DNA from: Nitrospinaceae bacterium
GTDB taxonomy: Bacteria > Nitrospinota > Nitrospinia > Nitrospinales > VA-1
Direction of reading: 5' to 3'
Assembly: GCA_046754465.1 (NCBI GenBank)
Contig: JBHHVU010000004.1
Coordinates: 43,959 to 107,958 of the forward strand
DNA: 64,000 nt
Below the pieces are notes generated by a model. The model saw nothing but the letters and a program-made list of their open reading frames with translations. It made no database searches and was not told the DNA's origin. The position numbers were made by a program, and so were the translations under genes. Shown piece after piece: positions 9,496 to 19,838 of this stretch; positions within the stretch are counted from its first letter, which is position 1, and every line of letters begins with the position of its first letter.

Positions 9496-10869
9496 ATGGC
9501 CAAAATTAAATACGAAATTCCCGTGAAAATCGGGGACCGCCTGGAGCTTACGGTGGAATCCCAGGCATCGAGCGGCGACGGGGTCACCCATCACGGGGGA
9601 TATACCCTTTTTGTTCCCTCCGGATTGGCCGGCGATGTGGTGGTGGGCGAGGTCACGCGTGTCACGCCGCGGTTTGGCGTGGTCCGGGTGGTGGAGCCGC
9701 TTCGCCTTTCTCCCGACCGGGCCGCAGCCCCTTGTCCGGTGTTTCCCGATTGCGGCGGATGCAAGTTCCAGAACCTTCTATATGAGAAGCAGATGGAGTT
9801 CAAGGTCCGGGTGGTGCAGGACAGCCTGCGTCATATCGGCAAAATCGATCCTCCGGAAAATATGAAATCCGTGCCGGCGGAAAATCCCTACGGGTACCGC
9901 AACAAGGGAAGTTTTGCCGTGGGGGGAGGGACCGGAAATCCCACCTTGGGATTTTTCAGGCAGGGCACGCACGAGGTGGTCGATTCGCGAACCTGTGGGA
10001 TTCTTCTGGACCCGATCAACGAGGTGAAGGAAGAGGTGCGACGCCTCCTTGTGAAGCATCGTGTTTCCATTTACGACGAGACCCAGCATAAGGGATTTTT
10101 CCGCGGCCTGGTGGTGCGCCACTCCGAGAGTATGGGAGAAACCTTGATCGGGCTGGTCACCACCCGTGGCCCTTTTCCTACCCGGTTCCTCGAAGAGATC
10201 CGGGACCCGGAATTTCATGAACGGTTTCATGTGACAGGGATCGTCCAGAACCTGAACCTGCAGGATACGAATATTATCCTGGGTGAAAAAAACCGGGTCC
10301 TGTGGGGAGAGAACCGCTTGATCGAGAAAATCGGCGGCCTTCGGTTCCAGCTATCCCTGGGTTCTTTTTTCCAGGTCAACTCGCGGCAGGCCTTGGTCCT
10401 GTACCGGATTATTCAAGGCTGGGCCGGGAAGGGCAGAGGGATAATTCTGGATGCCTACAGCGGATCCGGGGGAATCGCTCTCTGGCTGGCGAAGGCGGGA
10501 TGGCGGGTGTTGGGGATCGAGGAATTTTCTCCGGCGGTTCGGGATGCCCGGGAAAGCGCCCGGTTGAACGGCATCGAATCCTGTGAATTTTTTGAAGGGA
10601 CGGTGGAACAGCATCTCCCCCAGTTGGCCGGAACGGGCGAAATCGCGGCCATGGTTCTCGATCCGCCCCGGAAAGGGTGTTCGGAAAAAGTCCTCGGCTC
10701 CGTTCTGGAAATCGCTCCCGGAAAAATCATCTACGTGTCGTGCAATCCCGCCACCCTGGCGCGGGACCTGGGCCGGCTGCATCCCTACTGGATTGAGGAC
10801 CTGCATGTGATCGACATGTTTCCACAGACCCAGCATGTGGAGACGGCGGTCTTGCTGAGCCGGGAATAG
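9496..10869 (+). CDS. rlmD: 23S rRNA (uracil-1939-C5)-methyltransferase
   Basis: TRAM domain, CPVFPDCGGC, YRNK, SFFQVN, DPPRKG, YVSCNPATLARD, DMFPQTQHVE. Confidence 0.93.
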   Translation: MAKIKYEIPVKIGDRLELTVESQASSGDGVTHHGGYTLFVPSGLAGDVVVGEVTRVTPRFGVVRVVEPLRLSPDRAAAPCPVFPDCGGCKFQNLLYEKQMEFKVRVVQDSLRHIGKIDPPENMKSVPAENPYGYRNKGSFAVGGGTGNPTLGFFRQGTHEVVDSRTCGILLDPINEVKEEVRRLLVKHRVSIYDETQHKGFFRGLVVRHSESMGETLIGLVTTRGPFPTRFLEEIRDPEFHERFHVTGIVQNLNLQDTNIILGEKNRVLWGENRLIEKIGGLRFQLSLGSFFQVNSRQALVLYRIIQGWAGKGRGIILDAYSGSGGIALWLAKAGWRVLGIEEFSPAVRDARESARLNGIESCEFFEGTVEQHLPQLAGTGEIAAMVLDPPRKGCSEKVLGSVLEIAPGKIIYVSCNPATLARDLGRLHPYWIEDLHVIDMFPQTQHVETAVLLSRE

Positions 10870-10932
10870 GAACCGGTTCGGTTCCGGGGACCGATTCCGT
10901 TCCGGGGGCCGCCCCGGTTATCGGAATGCGCG

Positions 10933-12333
10933 TTAAAATCGGGCGTGCTTGGGGGTGCGGGGAAAAGGGATCACGTCGCGGATGTTGTCCATCCCGGTGG
11001 TAAACTGGACCAGCCGTTCGAATCCCAGCCCGAATCCGGAGTGGGGAGCGGACCCGAACCGCCGGAGGTCCGTGTACCACCAATAATCCTTTGAGTCGAT
11101 CCCCTTTTCAGCCATTCGTTTTTGCAGGATTTCGTAGTTGTCCTCGCGCTGGCTGCCGCCGATGATTTCCCCCAGTTTGGGCAAAAGGACATCCATGGCC
11201 CGGACGGTCTCATTATCTTCGTTCAATTTCATGTAGAACGGCTTGATCTCTTCCGGGTAATTGTAAACGATGACGGGTTTTTTGAAGACCTTCTCGCTCA
11301 GGAAACGCTCGTGTTCCGACTGCAGGGTGCAGCCCCATTCCACGGAGTACACGAAGGTTTCGGAGGATTTTTCCAGGATGTGAATGGCATCCCTGTAATG
11401 AAGGCGTTCGAACCGGTGTTCGACGATTTGACGGAGATTTTCGAGGATCGACGAGTCGATCCGTTTGTTGAAAAACTCCATATCCTCGGTGCAGTTTTCC
11501 AGGACATCCCGGAACAGGGTTTTGATGAATTCCTCGGCGAGGTCCATGTCGTCATCCAGATCGTAGAAGGCCATTTCCGGTTCGACCATCCAGAACTCGG
11601 CGAGGTGGCGTTTGGTGTTCGAGTTTTCCGCCCGGAAGGTGGGACCGAAGGTGTAAATATCCGAGAGGGCCAGCGCGTAGATTTCTCCCTCCAACTGTCC
11701 GCTGACGGTCAGGCTGGTTTTTTCTCCAAAAAAATCCTGGCTGTAGTCGATCTTCCCATCCACCCGGGGCGGTTGGGAAAGATTCAGAGTGGTGACCTGG
11801 AACATTTCCCCCGCGCCCTCGCAATCGCTGGTGGTGATGATGGGGGTGTTGAGGTATAGGAAACCCCGGTCGTTGAAAAATTTGTGGATGGAATAAGCGA
11901 GCCGGTTGCGGACGCGCATAACCGCGCCCATCGTGTTGGTCCGCGGACGCAAGTGGGCGATTTCACGCAGGAATTCGAACGAGTGACGTTTCTTTTGCAA
12001 CGGATAACTTTCCGGTTCCGCCACCCCATAGACCCGGATTTCGCCCGCACAGACTTCCATGGACTGTCCCTTGCCCTGGGACCGGACCAAGTCCCCCGTC
12101 ACCGCCACGCAGGTTCCGGTGGTCAACTGGTGGGTGCAGGCTTGAAAACTCTCCAGGGTATGGTCCGCCACCACCTGAATGCTGCTGAGGCAGGAGCCGT
12201 CGTTGATTTCGATGAAGGAGAAGCCTCCCTTGGAATCCCTGCGGGTGCGGATCCATCCCTTGATGATGACGTTTGACCGCTCTTCCTCACTTTGTAAAAG
12301 GTCTTTCACCCGGTCGCGAATTTTTTTTTGCAT
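10933..12333 (-). CDS. asnS: Asparagine--tRNA ligase
   Basis: NDGS, HLRPRTN, DCEGAGEMF, LTVSGQL, FRAENSNT, EIIGGSQRE, PHSGFGLGFER. Confidence 0.98.
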   Translation of the reverse strand: MQKKIRDRVKDLLQSEEERSNVIIKGWIRTRRDSKGGFSFIEINDGSCLSSIQVVADHTLESFQACTHQLTTGTCVAVTGDLVRSQGKGQSMEVCAGEIRVYGVAEPESYPLQKKRHSFEFLREIAHLRPRTNTMGAVMRVRNRLAYSIHKFFNDRGFLYLNTPIITTSDCEGAGEMFQVTTLNLSQPPRVDGKIDYSQDFFGEKTSLTVSGQLEGEIYALALSDIYTFGPTFRAENSNTKRHLAEFWMVEPEMAFYDLDDDMDLAEEFIKTLFRDVLENCTEDMEFFNKRIDSSILENLRQIVEHRFERLHYRDAIHILEKSSETFVYSVEWGCTLQSEHERFLSEKVFKKPVIVYNYPEEIKPFYMKLNEDNETVRAMDVLLPKLGEIIGGSQREDNYEILQKRMAEKGIDSKDYWWYTDLRRFGSAPHSGFGLGFERLVQFTTGMDNIRDVIPFPRTPKHARF

Positions 12334-12428
12334 GGTATTTTTCGTTTCGAAAGGCCCGGCGGCAACTTATTCCCCCTGGTTCGTGTCCGGAACTCCTACG
12401 CCGCGCCGGGGGAAGGAGTTCCCATCGA

Positions 12429-12457
12429 TTGACAAGAAAGGGGAATTGAGATACTTT
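12429..12457 (+). promoter_or_regulatory. Sigma70-type promoter for the yggT operon
   Basis: TTGACA-N17-TACTTT upstream of yggT. Confidence 0.65.
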
Positions 12458-12540
12458 AATCTTGTTGAAAATTAAAGATTTTGCCTGATCTGCCTCGTTC
12501 GGAGAAATTCTTTTCCACTAAAGGACTTATTAATCCGCCT

Positions 12541-12840
12541 ATGTATATTTTAGGAAACTTTCTGGAAGCCACGGCCAAAATACTGGATATCGCGCTCAGT
12601 CTTTATATGTGGATCATCATTATTCGGGCGCTATTGTCCTGGGTCAACCCGGATCCATATAATCCCATCGTCCAGTTTCTATACAGTATCACAGAACCGG
12701 TCATGGTTCGAGTCCGGCAATTGCTGCCCATGTCGGGAATGGGTATCGATTTTACCCCTATTATAGTGATTCTCGCCATTATTTTCCTCCAGGAATTTCT
12801 GGTAAAATCCCTTGGAATGTTTGCCATTCAACTGCAATAA
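12541..12840 (+). CDS. yggT: YggT-family membrane protein
   Basis: IIIRALLSWVNPDPYNPIVQFLYSITEP...GIDFTPI; ATG at 12541. Confidence 0.93.
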   Translation: MYILGNFLEATAKILDIALSLYMWIIIIRALLSWVNPDPYNPIVQFLYSITEPVMVRVRQLLPMSGMGIDFTPIIVILAIIFLQEFLVKSLGMFAIQLQ

Positions 12841-12847
12841 TGAGTCC

Positions 12848-13273
12848 ATGCGATTAAATTATCTCGACATTCTGGAACAATGTTTCCGCGAAAAGTTTCG
12901 GGGGTACAGCAAACAGGAAGTCGATACTTTTTTGCAACTGGTGGCGGACGATTTCAAGGATATGGCGGAAGAGATCCAGCAACTGAAAAAGGAGATCGAA
13001 GGCAAGGACACGCTCCTCCAGGATCTCAAGGCCAGGCTCAAGGAAAACCCGAATGGCGGAGGTCCTTCCCAGATCACTCCAGAAATACTGAAGGAAAAGG
13101 CCAAGCGGATCATCCTTCTGGCACGGGAACAGGCGGAACAGCAGAAAAAGAGGGCCGACAGCGAACTGACGTTGCTGAAAAAGGAAATACAACGGCTGAG
13201 ACAGGAAAAAACCAACCTGATTCAAACCCTGAAAGACACCGCCCGGCAACAACTGGATCGGCTCAAAAAATAA
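12848..13273 (+). CDS. DivIVA-domain coiled-coil protein
   Basis: F..KFRGYSKQEVDTFL DivIVA N-terminal motif followed by coiled coil. Confidence 0.88.
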   Translation: MRLNYLDILEQCFREKFRGYSKQEVDTFLQLVADDFKDMAEEIQQLKKEIEGKDTLLQDLKARLKENPNGGGPSQITPEILKEKAKRIILLAREQAEQQKKRADSELTLLKKEIQRLRQEKTNLIQTLKDTARQQLDRLKK

Positions 13274-13295
13274 AGTCACCGTTCCCGGATTCACC

Positions 13296-13604
13296 ATGCC
13301 ATTGAAAATCACCAGATGCAAGGAAGGGATCCAGTTCGCCGCCACCTTGCAGCCCCGCGCCTCCAGGAATGAGATTACAGGTTTGCACAACGACTCCTTG
13401 AAGATTCGCCTGACCTCCCCGCCGGTGGACGGGGCGGCGAACCGCACTTGCGTCAAGTTTCTTGCCAAGGAATTGGGAATCCGGCCTTCCTCGATCCGGA
13501 TCGTGAGCGGTCTCACCAGCCGAAGGAAGACCATCCGGATCGAGGATATGGACGAAGCCGGGTTCCTGAAAAAACTGTCTCCGCTCATCCCGGAAGCCCA
13601 CTGA
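13296..13604 (+). CDS. DUF167 (YggU/UPF0235) protein
   Basis: QPRASRNEI...LKIRLTSPPVDGAAN...SGLTSRRK. Confidence 0.92.
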   Translation: MPLKITRCKEGIQFAATLQPRASRNEITGLHNDSLKIRLTSPPVDGAANRTCVKFLAKELGIRPSSIRIVSGLTSRRKTIRIEDMDEAGFLKKLSPLIPEAH

Positions 13605-13622
13605 AAATATATTGAAGGAACG

Positions 13623-14660
13623 ATGATCAAAACCGTGGAATACATCGATGGCGCCGCGCGCATGATTGACCAGACCCGGCTGCCGCGGGAAAAAGTATTT
13701 GTCGACTGCCGCACCGTCGAGGAGGTGGGACAGGCCATTCGATCCATGGTCATCCGCGGGGCGCCGGCGATCGGGGTGGCAGCGGCGATCGGGGTCAGTC
13801 TGGCGGCCGAGGCAATTCAGGCGGAGGACTTCGAATCCTTTTATGCCCGGTTGGAGGAAAAATGCGGGGGGCTGATCCTCGCCCGCCCCACGGCGGTCAA
13901 CCTGGCCTGGAGCGTGGAAAGGATGAAACGCGTTGCCCGGGAATTCCGTCACCTGACGGTTCCCGAACTAAAAAAGCAATTGAAACGAGAAGCCCTGGCC
14001 ATCCTTGAGGAAGATATTTCGGCGAATCAATCCATCGGCAAGTTCGGGCAAACCCTGATCGAGGATGGCAGCCGGGTTCTCACCCATTGCAACGCCGGGG
14101 CGCTGGCGACGGCGGGGTATGGAACCGCTCTTGGGGTCATCCGGGCCGCGGTGGAATCGGGCAAGCAGGTCCAGGTTCTTGCCAATGAGACCCGTCCTTT
14201 CCTGCAAGGCGCGCGTCTTACGGTCTGGGAACTGATGGAGGACCATATTCCGGTGAAACTGATCACCGACAGCATGTGCGGCCATTTCATGCAAAAAAAA
14301 CAGGTCAACGTGGTGGTGGTGGGGGCGGACCGGATCGCGGCCAACGGCGATGTGGCCAATAAAATCGGCACCTACATGGTGGCGGTTCTGGCCCGGAAAC
14401 ACGGAATCCCTTTTTATGTAGCAGCGCCCATTTCCACGTTGGACCTTTCTCTCGCCTCCGGCGATCAGATTCCCATCGAAGAGCGGTCTCCCGATGAAGT
14501 GTGGCACATCAACAACCAGCCCATTGCCCCGGAGGGAACGGAAGCGGCTCATCCTGCTTTCGATGTTACCCCCAACGACCTGGTTTCCGCGATCATCACG
14601 GAAAAGGGCATCGCCCGGGCGCCGTATCCCGAATCCCTGAAACAATTGGCGGACCGTTAA
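13623..14660 (+). CDS. mtnA: S-methyl-5-thioribose-1-phosphate isomerase
   Basis: [60 protein letters not shown]. Confidence 0.97.
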   Translation: MIKTVEYIDGAARMIDQTRLPREKVFVDCRTVEEVGQAIRSMVIRGAPAIGVAAAIGVSLAAEAIQAEDFESFYARLEEKCGGLILARPTAVNLAWSVERMKRVAREFRHLTVPELKKQLKREALAILEEDISANQSIGKFGQTLIEDGSRVLTHCNAGALATAGYGTALGVIRAAVESGKQVQVLANETRPFLQGARLTVWELMEDHIPVKLITDSMCGHFMQKKQVNVVVVGADRIAANGDVANKIGTYMVAVLARKHGIPFYVAAPISTLDLSLASGDQIPIEERSPDEVWHINNQPIAPEGTEAAHPAFDVTPNDLVSAIITEKGIARAPYPESLKQLADR

Positions 14661-14752
14661 ATGAGGACGGGTTTTCAGAGGTATCCAGGGAACCCCGGCA
14701 CGAGAAAGACGCCGGGTGCATTCCATGGGCGGCGGGAAAGGTTCTTACGCCC

Positions 14753-15760
14753 ATGATGAAAGCGATGATTCTCGCCGCCGGATTCGGCACCCGTCTGCGG
14801 CCTTTGACACAAGCTCTTCCCAAGCCGATGTTTCCCGTGATGAATCGGCCGCTTCTCGAACACACCCTCGGCCTGCTCCGCGCCAACGGCATCCGGGATA
14901 TCACCGTCAACGTCCACCATTTGCCCGAAAAAATCATCCGGCATTTCGGGGATGGAGCGGAGTTCGGGGTCGATCTGCATTTTTCCCGGGAGAAGGAGAT
15001 CCTTGGCACCGCCGGGGGAATCAAGGCCGCCCAGAGGTTTCTCGACGGGGGCTCCTTTTTGGTCATCAACAGCGACGTTCTGGTGGAGATTGACCTGCAC
15101 CGGGTGCTGGCCTATCACAAGGCCAAGGGTTCCTGTCTGACGCTGGTGGTCCGGAAAGACGCCTCTCCCGAACAATTTGATCCGATAGAAATATGCCCCG
15201 ATGGGCGTATCGTGCATTTCGTGGGGGCTTCATCCATGGATCTGCCCAACCACACCACCCGGGTCATGTTCACGGGAATCCAGATCATGGAACCTGAAAT
15301 TTTTTCCCGCATTCCCTCCGGCTCCTTTTGCGGGACGGCGGAAGACATCTTTCCTGAAATGATCCGTGATGGGCTGCCTGTTTTCGGCTATCTGCATGAG
15401 AAGTATTGGATCGATTTGGGAAACCGGCGGAGTTATTTGCAGGCTCACAAGGATGCCCTGAACGGGAAATTGAATTTGAAGGGGACGAATCATCGAGGCG
15501 GGGAGGAAGATTCCTTCATCGTGCCACCGGCGGTCCTGGGACGGGATTGCCAAATCGCGTCCGGCGCGAGAATCGGTCCATATGCCGTTTTGGGCGATGG
15601 TTGCCGGGTCAAGGAGGGCGCTGTGATTGAAAATTCCGTGGCCTGGAACGGGGTGACCCTGGGCGCCGGTGCCCGCGTGGAAGACTCGATCCTGGGGGAA
15701 GGGGTGGTGATACCCGGGGGGAGCCAGGTCAGGGAGCAATCGCTTGCTGACACAGCGTAG
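14753..15760 (+). CDS. NDP-sugar synthase (mannose-1-phosphate guanylyltransferase-like) with C-terminal hexapeptide repeats
   Basis: KAMILAAGFGTRLRPLT..LPKP, LGTAGG, WIDLG and a left-handed beta-helix tail; start moved to ATG 14753. Confidence 0.88.
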   Translation: MMKAMILAAGFGTRLRPLTQALPKPMFPVMNRPLLEHTLGLLRANGIRDITVNVHHLPEKIIRHFGDGAEFGVDLHFSREKEILGTAGGIKAAQRFLDGGSFLVINSDVLVEIDLHRVLAYHKAKGSCLTLVVRKDASPEQFDPIEICPDGRIVHFVGASSMDLPNHTTRVMFTGIQIMEPEIFSRIPSGSFCGTAEDIFPEMIRDGLPVFGYLHEKYWIDLGNRRSYLQAHKDALNGKLNLKGTNHRGGEEDSFIVPPAVLGRDCQIASGARIGPYAVLGDGCRVKEGAVIENSVAWNGVTLGAGARVEDSILGEGVVIPGGSQVREQSLADTA

Positions 15761-16949
15761 ACGGGAAAGCCGGGGAATTTAGCCTGGAGGGGAGGGGCTC
15801 TTCCTCAAGGGGTTGTTTCCCGGGCAGCGTGATGGTGAAGGTGGACCCTTCATTGACGGCGCTTACAACCTTTATCGTGCCTCCGTGCCGTTCCACGATT
15901 CTCTGGCATATGGCCAACCCCATACCCGTTCCCTCATACTCGCTTCGCCCATTCAATCGTTCAAAGGGTTTTAAGATCCTTTCAGCATATTGGTTGTCAA
16001 ATCCGATCCCGTTATCCTTGATTTCAATTTCCCACATGTCCCTTCCCACCGGCCGGCCTTGGAGATCGATCACGGGAGGGGCCCCCTTCCTGTGGAATTT
16101 GAGCGCATTTCCAAGGAAATTCTGGAATAACTGACGCATTTGAAACGGGTCTGCATCCAGAGTGGGGAGACTTTTCATATGCACCATACCCTGGGTCTGG
16201 GTCAGGCGGGTTTCCAGATCGGCCAACACCTCTTCTTTGATGACCTTTTCGAGATTGACCGGTTCAAAAACCCTTTCACCGGAGGTTATCCGGGAAAAAT
16301 CCAGAAGATCGTTGATGAAGTTCTGCATTCTTTCGGCGGATCTTTGCATCCGGGCCAGAAAGTCGTATCCTTTTTCGTCATTCCCGGAAATCCGGTCTTT
16401 CAAACGGGAACCGAATACGAGTATTTTACGCAGGGGCTCCTGCAGGTCGTGCGAGGCGATGGTGGCGAAATCATTGAGCGCCTGGTTACTGCGTTTCAAC
16501 TCCTCGGTGTAACGTTTGAGCACCTTTTCGGACCGAATGTAATAATTCATGTAGGCGTATAATTTCAGATGGGTCTGAACCCGGGCCAGCACCTCCTCCT
16601 TGTGGAACGGTTTGGTAATATAATCGTTTCCCCCCACCCGGAATCCTTGGACAATATCCTCCAGCGCGCTTTTGGCAGAGAGGAATATAATGGGAATGTT
16701 CTGGGTGTCCGGATTTTCCTTTAATTTTTTGCAGGTTTCGAATCCGTCCATTTCCGGCATCATGATATCCAGAAGAATCAGGTCGGGTAAAAAGCGCGGG
16801 GCGATTTTAATCGCAACCTCTCCACTCCTGGCGATGGAGAGTTCATAACCCTCTTGTTGAAACGTCTTTCTTAATAAGTCAAGATTGGCGGGAGTGTCGT
16901 CCACGATCAGGATCTTTTTTCCAGCCATGCTGCTATTGTCAAGGTGCAT
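15729..16949 (-). CDS. Hybrid response regulator / histidine kinase (REC-HisKA-HATPase)
   Basis: ILIVDD, DLILLDIMMP, ASHDLQEPLRKI H-box, NALKF, DNGIGF, GTGMGL; GGAGG RBS before ATG 16949. Confidence 0.93.
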   Translation of the reverse strand: MHLDNSSMAGKKILIVDDTPANLDLLRKTFQQEGYELSIARSGEVAIKIAPRFLPDLILLDIMMPEMDGFETCKKLKENPDTQNIPIIFLSAKSALEDIVQGFRVGGNDYITKPFHKEEVLARVQTHLKLYAYMNYYIRSEKVLKRYTEELKRSNQALNDFATIASHDLQEPLRKILVFGSRLKDRISGNDEKGYDFLARMQRSAERMQNFINDLLDFSRITSGERVFEPVNLEKVIKEEVLADLETRLTQTQGMVHMKSLPTLDADPFQMRQLFQNFLGNALKFHRKGAPPVIDLQGRPVGRDMWEIEIKDNGIGFDNQYAERILKPFERLNGRSEYEGTGMGLAICQRIVERHGGTIKVVSAVNEGSTFTITLPGKQPLEEEPLPSRLNSPAFPSTLCQQAIAP

Positions 16950-19515
16950 GTTCGATCCTCCCCAAAATTTCAAGGACCTTTTCAATTTGGTAATTGTCGA
17001 TATGTTCTTTCAGGTGCCGCTCCAATGCCCGGCCGTCTTGGCCCATTTGGCATAATTCCTTAAGGGATCTTTCCAGTTCGGTGATGTTGTTGACTTCCGC
17101 GCCCGCTTTCAAACGGGAAAGAAGGGCATGGGGGATATTGAAGTGGGCGGCATTCAAACCATTGGTTTCGTTTTCTTCCTGCCTGGGTGGGTGGGAGCTC
17201 TCATACGGGTTGGGTTGATTTTCATTTGCTTCTCCAGCGGGGGGCAGGGGAACGGTGAAGAAAAAACGTGATCCTGTTCCCGGTTCCGACTCCAGGCTCA
17301 GTTTACCTCCCATCAACGCCACATGTTGTCTGCAAATGGCCAGCCCTAATCCGGTGCCCCCGCGTCTGGCTCCCTGTTCCTCTTGGCGGAAGGGCTCAAA
17401 AATGAATTTCTGGGCGTCCGGGAGAATTCCTGGTCCCGTGTCGAAGACCTCGAATCGGAAACGGTGGTTGGTTTCGGCTGTGACTTTCAGTCCGACTTCT
17501 CCCGATTCCGTGAATTTCACCGCGTTGCCCACGAGGTTGGTCAATACCTGCCTCAATTTGGTCTCGTCTCCATGAATTTGAACCGGGCTGTCGGGTAATC
17601 CTTGCAGGTTCCATTTTAAATTTTTCTTTTGTATCTCAAGTTTGAACAGCGAAGATAAATTTTGAACCAGACAATTCAGATCGAAATGGGTGAGGATTAT
17701 TTCCATTCGTCCCGCTTCGATTTTGGATAAATCCAGGATGTCGTTGATCAATTCGAGGAGGTTTTCCCCACTTTTTTTGATGGTTTCAACGGATTGGATC
17801 TGATGGGGGTTCAGGGCCGGGTCATTCATCAGAATCTGGGAGAAACCGAGAATCGCGTTCATGGGCGAACGGATTTCGTGGCTCATATTGACGAGAAATG
17901 TGCTTTTTGACCGGTTGGCGGATTCCGCCTCAATTTTTGCCCGGTTCAATTCCTGTTCGGTTTGTTTTCTTTCCGAAATATTTCGAACGATGCCAGTGAA
18001 CAAACGGCGTCCTTCCAGAAGCACTTCGCTGATCGCCAGTTCCATGGGAAATGTTTTACCGTCCTTTCGCAATCCCGTCACTTCCCGGCCGACTCCAATG
18101 ATTTTGGCCCGGCCGGTCTTCACATAATGATTGATGTAACCATCGTGGCGGTTGTGCCAGGGTTCCGGCATCAATAGTTTTACGTTTTTTCCCAGGACCT
18201 CTGATTTGGAGTAACCAAAGAGGCTTTCGGCCGACCGGTTAAAGGTTTCGATGCTGCCATTTTCGTCAATCGTGATGATGCCATCGACCACGCTGTTCAT
18301 GACCGCATCCATTCGAATCGCATTTTCGCGGACCTTTTCTTGAGCGATGTTACGTTCGCGGGAAAGACCGATTTGCCGCCTCCGCATCAAAAAAGCCGTT
18401 CCGGAAGCCAGGACCAAAAGACCGAAGATCATGAGAAATCCCCGGCTCATGGCATGAAGGGTTGCAAAGGCTTCGGCCACATGGATCTCCGTGGTGATGC
18501 CGAAATGATAATCCGGTAGCCAGGTCCAGGCGCCGATCACGGGGACACCCCGGTAATCGTTGTAGCCGTCTACATTGACTCCCCTCTCGCCCCTCAGCGC
18601 ACTGGCGGCCATTTCCGTGAACGGCTGCCGCTTACGGGGAAGGGTGGGCCGATGTCCCTTAACCAGGTTGCCTCCCGGGTTGCGGGCTTCCACATTAAGA
18701 ATGGAATGGATTCCCGCGCGATCGGTTAAAAGCCCCACCCGCTTTAATTGATCATTGAACCGGGTGCCGGTTATCAGCACGCCTTGATTATTAAACGCAT
18801 AAGTTTCTCCGGTCTTCCCCCAGCGGCTGATTTCCAACATTTGGGTGAATTCCGTTTCCGGGCGAAGGCGGAAGGACAAGACCCCGGCGACTTCCCCATC
18901 CAGCTCCCGGATGGGGGTCGATACAAACATGGTGGGCCAGCCAGACCGCCAAACCCCATGAATGTCCGGAAGCACCACCTCCCCGGGAAAAGGAAGGGAA
19001 ACCACGGTGTCTCCCTGCATGGACCGATAGAAAAAATCAGTGGATTCCGCCAGACTGCGTTTTCCCACAGGCTCTTCCAAAAGGGCGCCCACCTGGTAAC
19101 CCGTGGGGTCTAGAAGGACAAAACCGATGAAACCGTATTTCCGGCAGGCGGCGCCCAGGTTTTCCCGCAGCCAAATGAGCTCATCCGATTGTTTCAAACG
19201 TTCCGCGCTCACATACTCGTCCCGCGTTTGTTCCAGAAGATTCAGAATGTTTTTACGCACTCCCGGTTCCGCGGCTAAAACCTCGACGTCCTGTTGTCTG
19301 TCTTTGATCCAGAATTTCAGAGCGGTTATATTAGAGGAGAGAGTGACCTGCAATTGGGAGGAGAGATTTTTTTTCAATTCCTCCTTCACGGCATTCAATC
19401 CGTACCAACCCATGATTCCCAACACGGCCATCCCAATAATGAGGCTGCCTGGCAGAGAAATGATACGCGGCAAAGATTGATTTTCCCTGCCATGGAATGG
19501 TGAAAAGATCGGCAT
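16939..19515 (-). CDS. Membrane sensor histidine kinase (extracytoplasmic Cache-like, PAS, HisKA, HATPase)
   Basis: Two TM segments flanking a sensor domain (YNDYRGVPVIGAW), FixL-like PAS (LMPEPWHNRHDGYI), MSHEIRSPMN, NAVKFT, DTGPGI, GGTGLGL. Confidence 0.93.
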   Translation of the reverse strand: MPIFSPFHGRENQSLPRIISLPGSLIIGMAVLGIMGWYGLNAVKEELKKNLSSQLQVTLSSNITALKFWIKDRQQDVEVLAAEPGVRKNILNLLEQTRDEYVSAERLKQSDELIWLRENLGAACRKYGFIGFVLLDPTGYQVGALLEEPVGKRSLAESTDFFYRSMQGDTVVSLPFPGEVVLPDIHGVWRSGWPTMFVSTPIRELDGEVAGVLSFRLRPETEFTQMLEISRWGKTGETYAFNNQGVLITGTRFNDQLKRVGLLTDRAGIHSILNVEARNPGGNLVKGHRPTLPRKRQPFTEMAASALRGERGVNVDGYNDYRGVPVIGAWTWLPDYHFGITTEIHVAEAFATLHAMSRGFLMIFGLLVLASGTAFLMRRRQIGLSRERNIAQEKVRENAIRMDAVMNSVVDGIITIDENGSIETFNRSAESLFGYSKSEVLGKNVKLLMPEPWHNRHDGYINHYVKTGRAKIIGVGREVTGLRKDGKTFPMELAISEVLLEGRRLFTGIVRNISERKQTEQELNRAKIEAESANRSKSTFLVNMSHEIRSPMNAILGFSQILMNDPALNPHQIQSVETIKKSGENLLELINDILDLSKIEAGRMEIILTHFDLNCLVQNLSSLFKLEIQKKNLKWNLQGLPDSPVQIHGDETKLRQVLTNLVGNAVKFTESGEVGLKVTAETNHRFRFEVFDTGPGILPDAQKFIFEPFRQEEQGARRGGTGLGLAICRQHVALMGGKLSLESEPGTGSRFFFTVPLPPAGEANENQPNPYESSHPPRQEENETNGLNAAHFNIPHALLSRLKAGAEVNNITELERSLKELCQMGQDGRALERHLKEHIDNYQIEKVLEILGRIEHAP

Positions 19516-19838
19516 GGCGCGTCACCTGAAATCGGCTTGCATGGACATACACGGATTCCCAAACAGGACCGGGAATTTCCACTCACAACTCTTGTTTTAA
19601 TGATAACATATACTTTCCAGATAAACTAATTGACGGGAAATTTTTGCGGTTAACTGAGGGTTTTTTAAGGGGTTTGTTAATTTACCCAGGAGAGCTCACA
19701 GGTGAAAAAGCTGCGGGAAGAGCATCTTTCGAAGGGGGAAAGGGCGGGTGATCCCATGGGCCGGGAAAGAGATTCCCCACAGCGGATTCCATGGGATCAC
19801 CCGTCGATGGCCACAATGCGTCTTTGGGGGAAAAACCG

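Noticed and set aside
10873..10908. Imperfect 18-bp tandem duplication (CCGGTTCGGTTCCGGGGA / CCGATTCCGTTCCGGGGG) between convergent rlmD and asnS
   Set aside because: Only two units (15/18 identical), no spacers and no cas genes; not a CRISPR array or a convincing VNTR.
14501..14752. N-terminal extensions in the ORF track (nucleotidyltransferase here; also comEC from 41923, rlmD from 9439, PPIase from 21832)
   Set aside because: They overlap upstream genes or promoters and precede the family-typical N-terminus; downstream ATGs were chosen.
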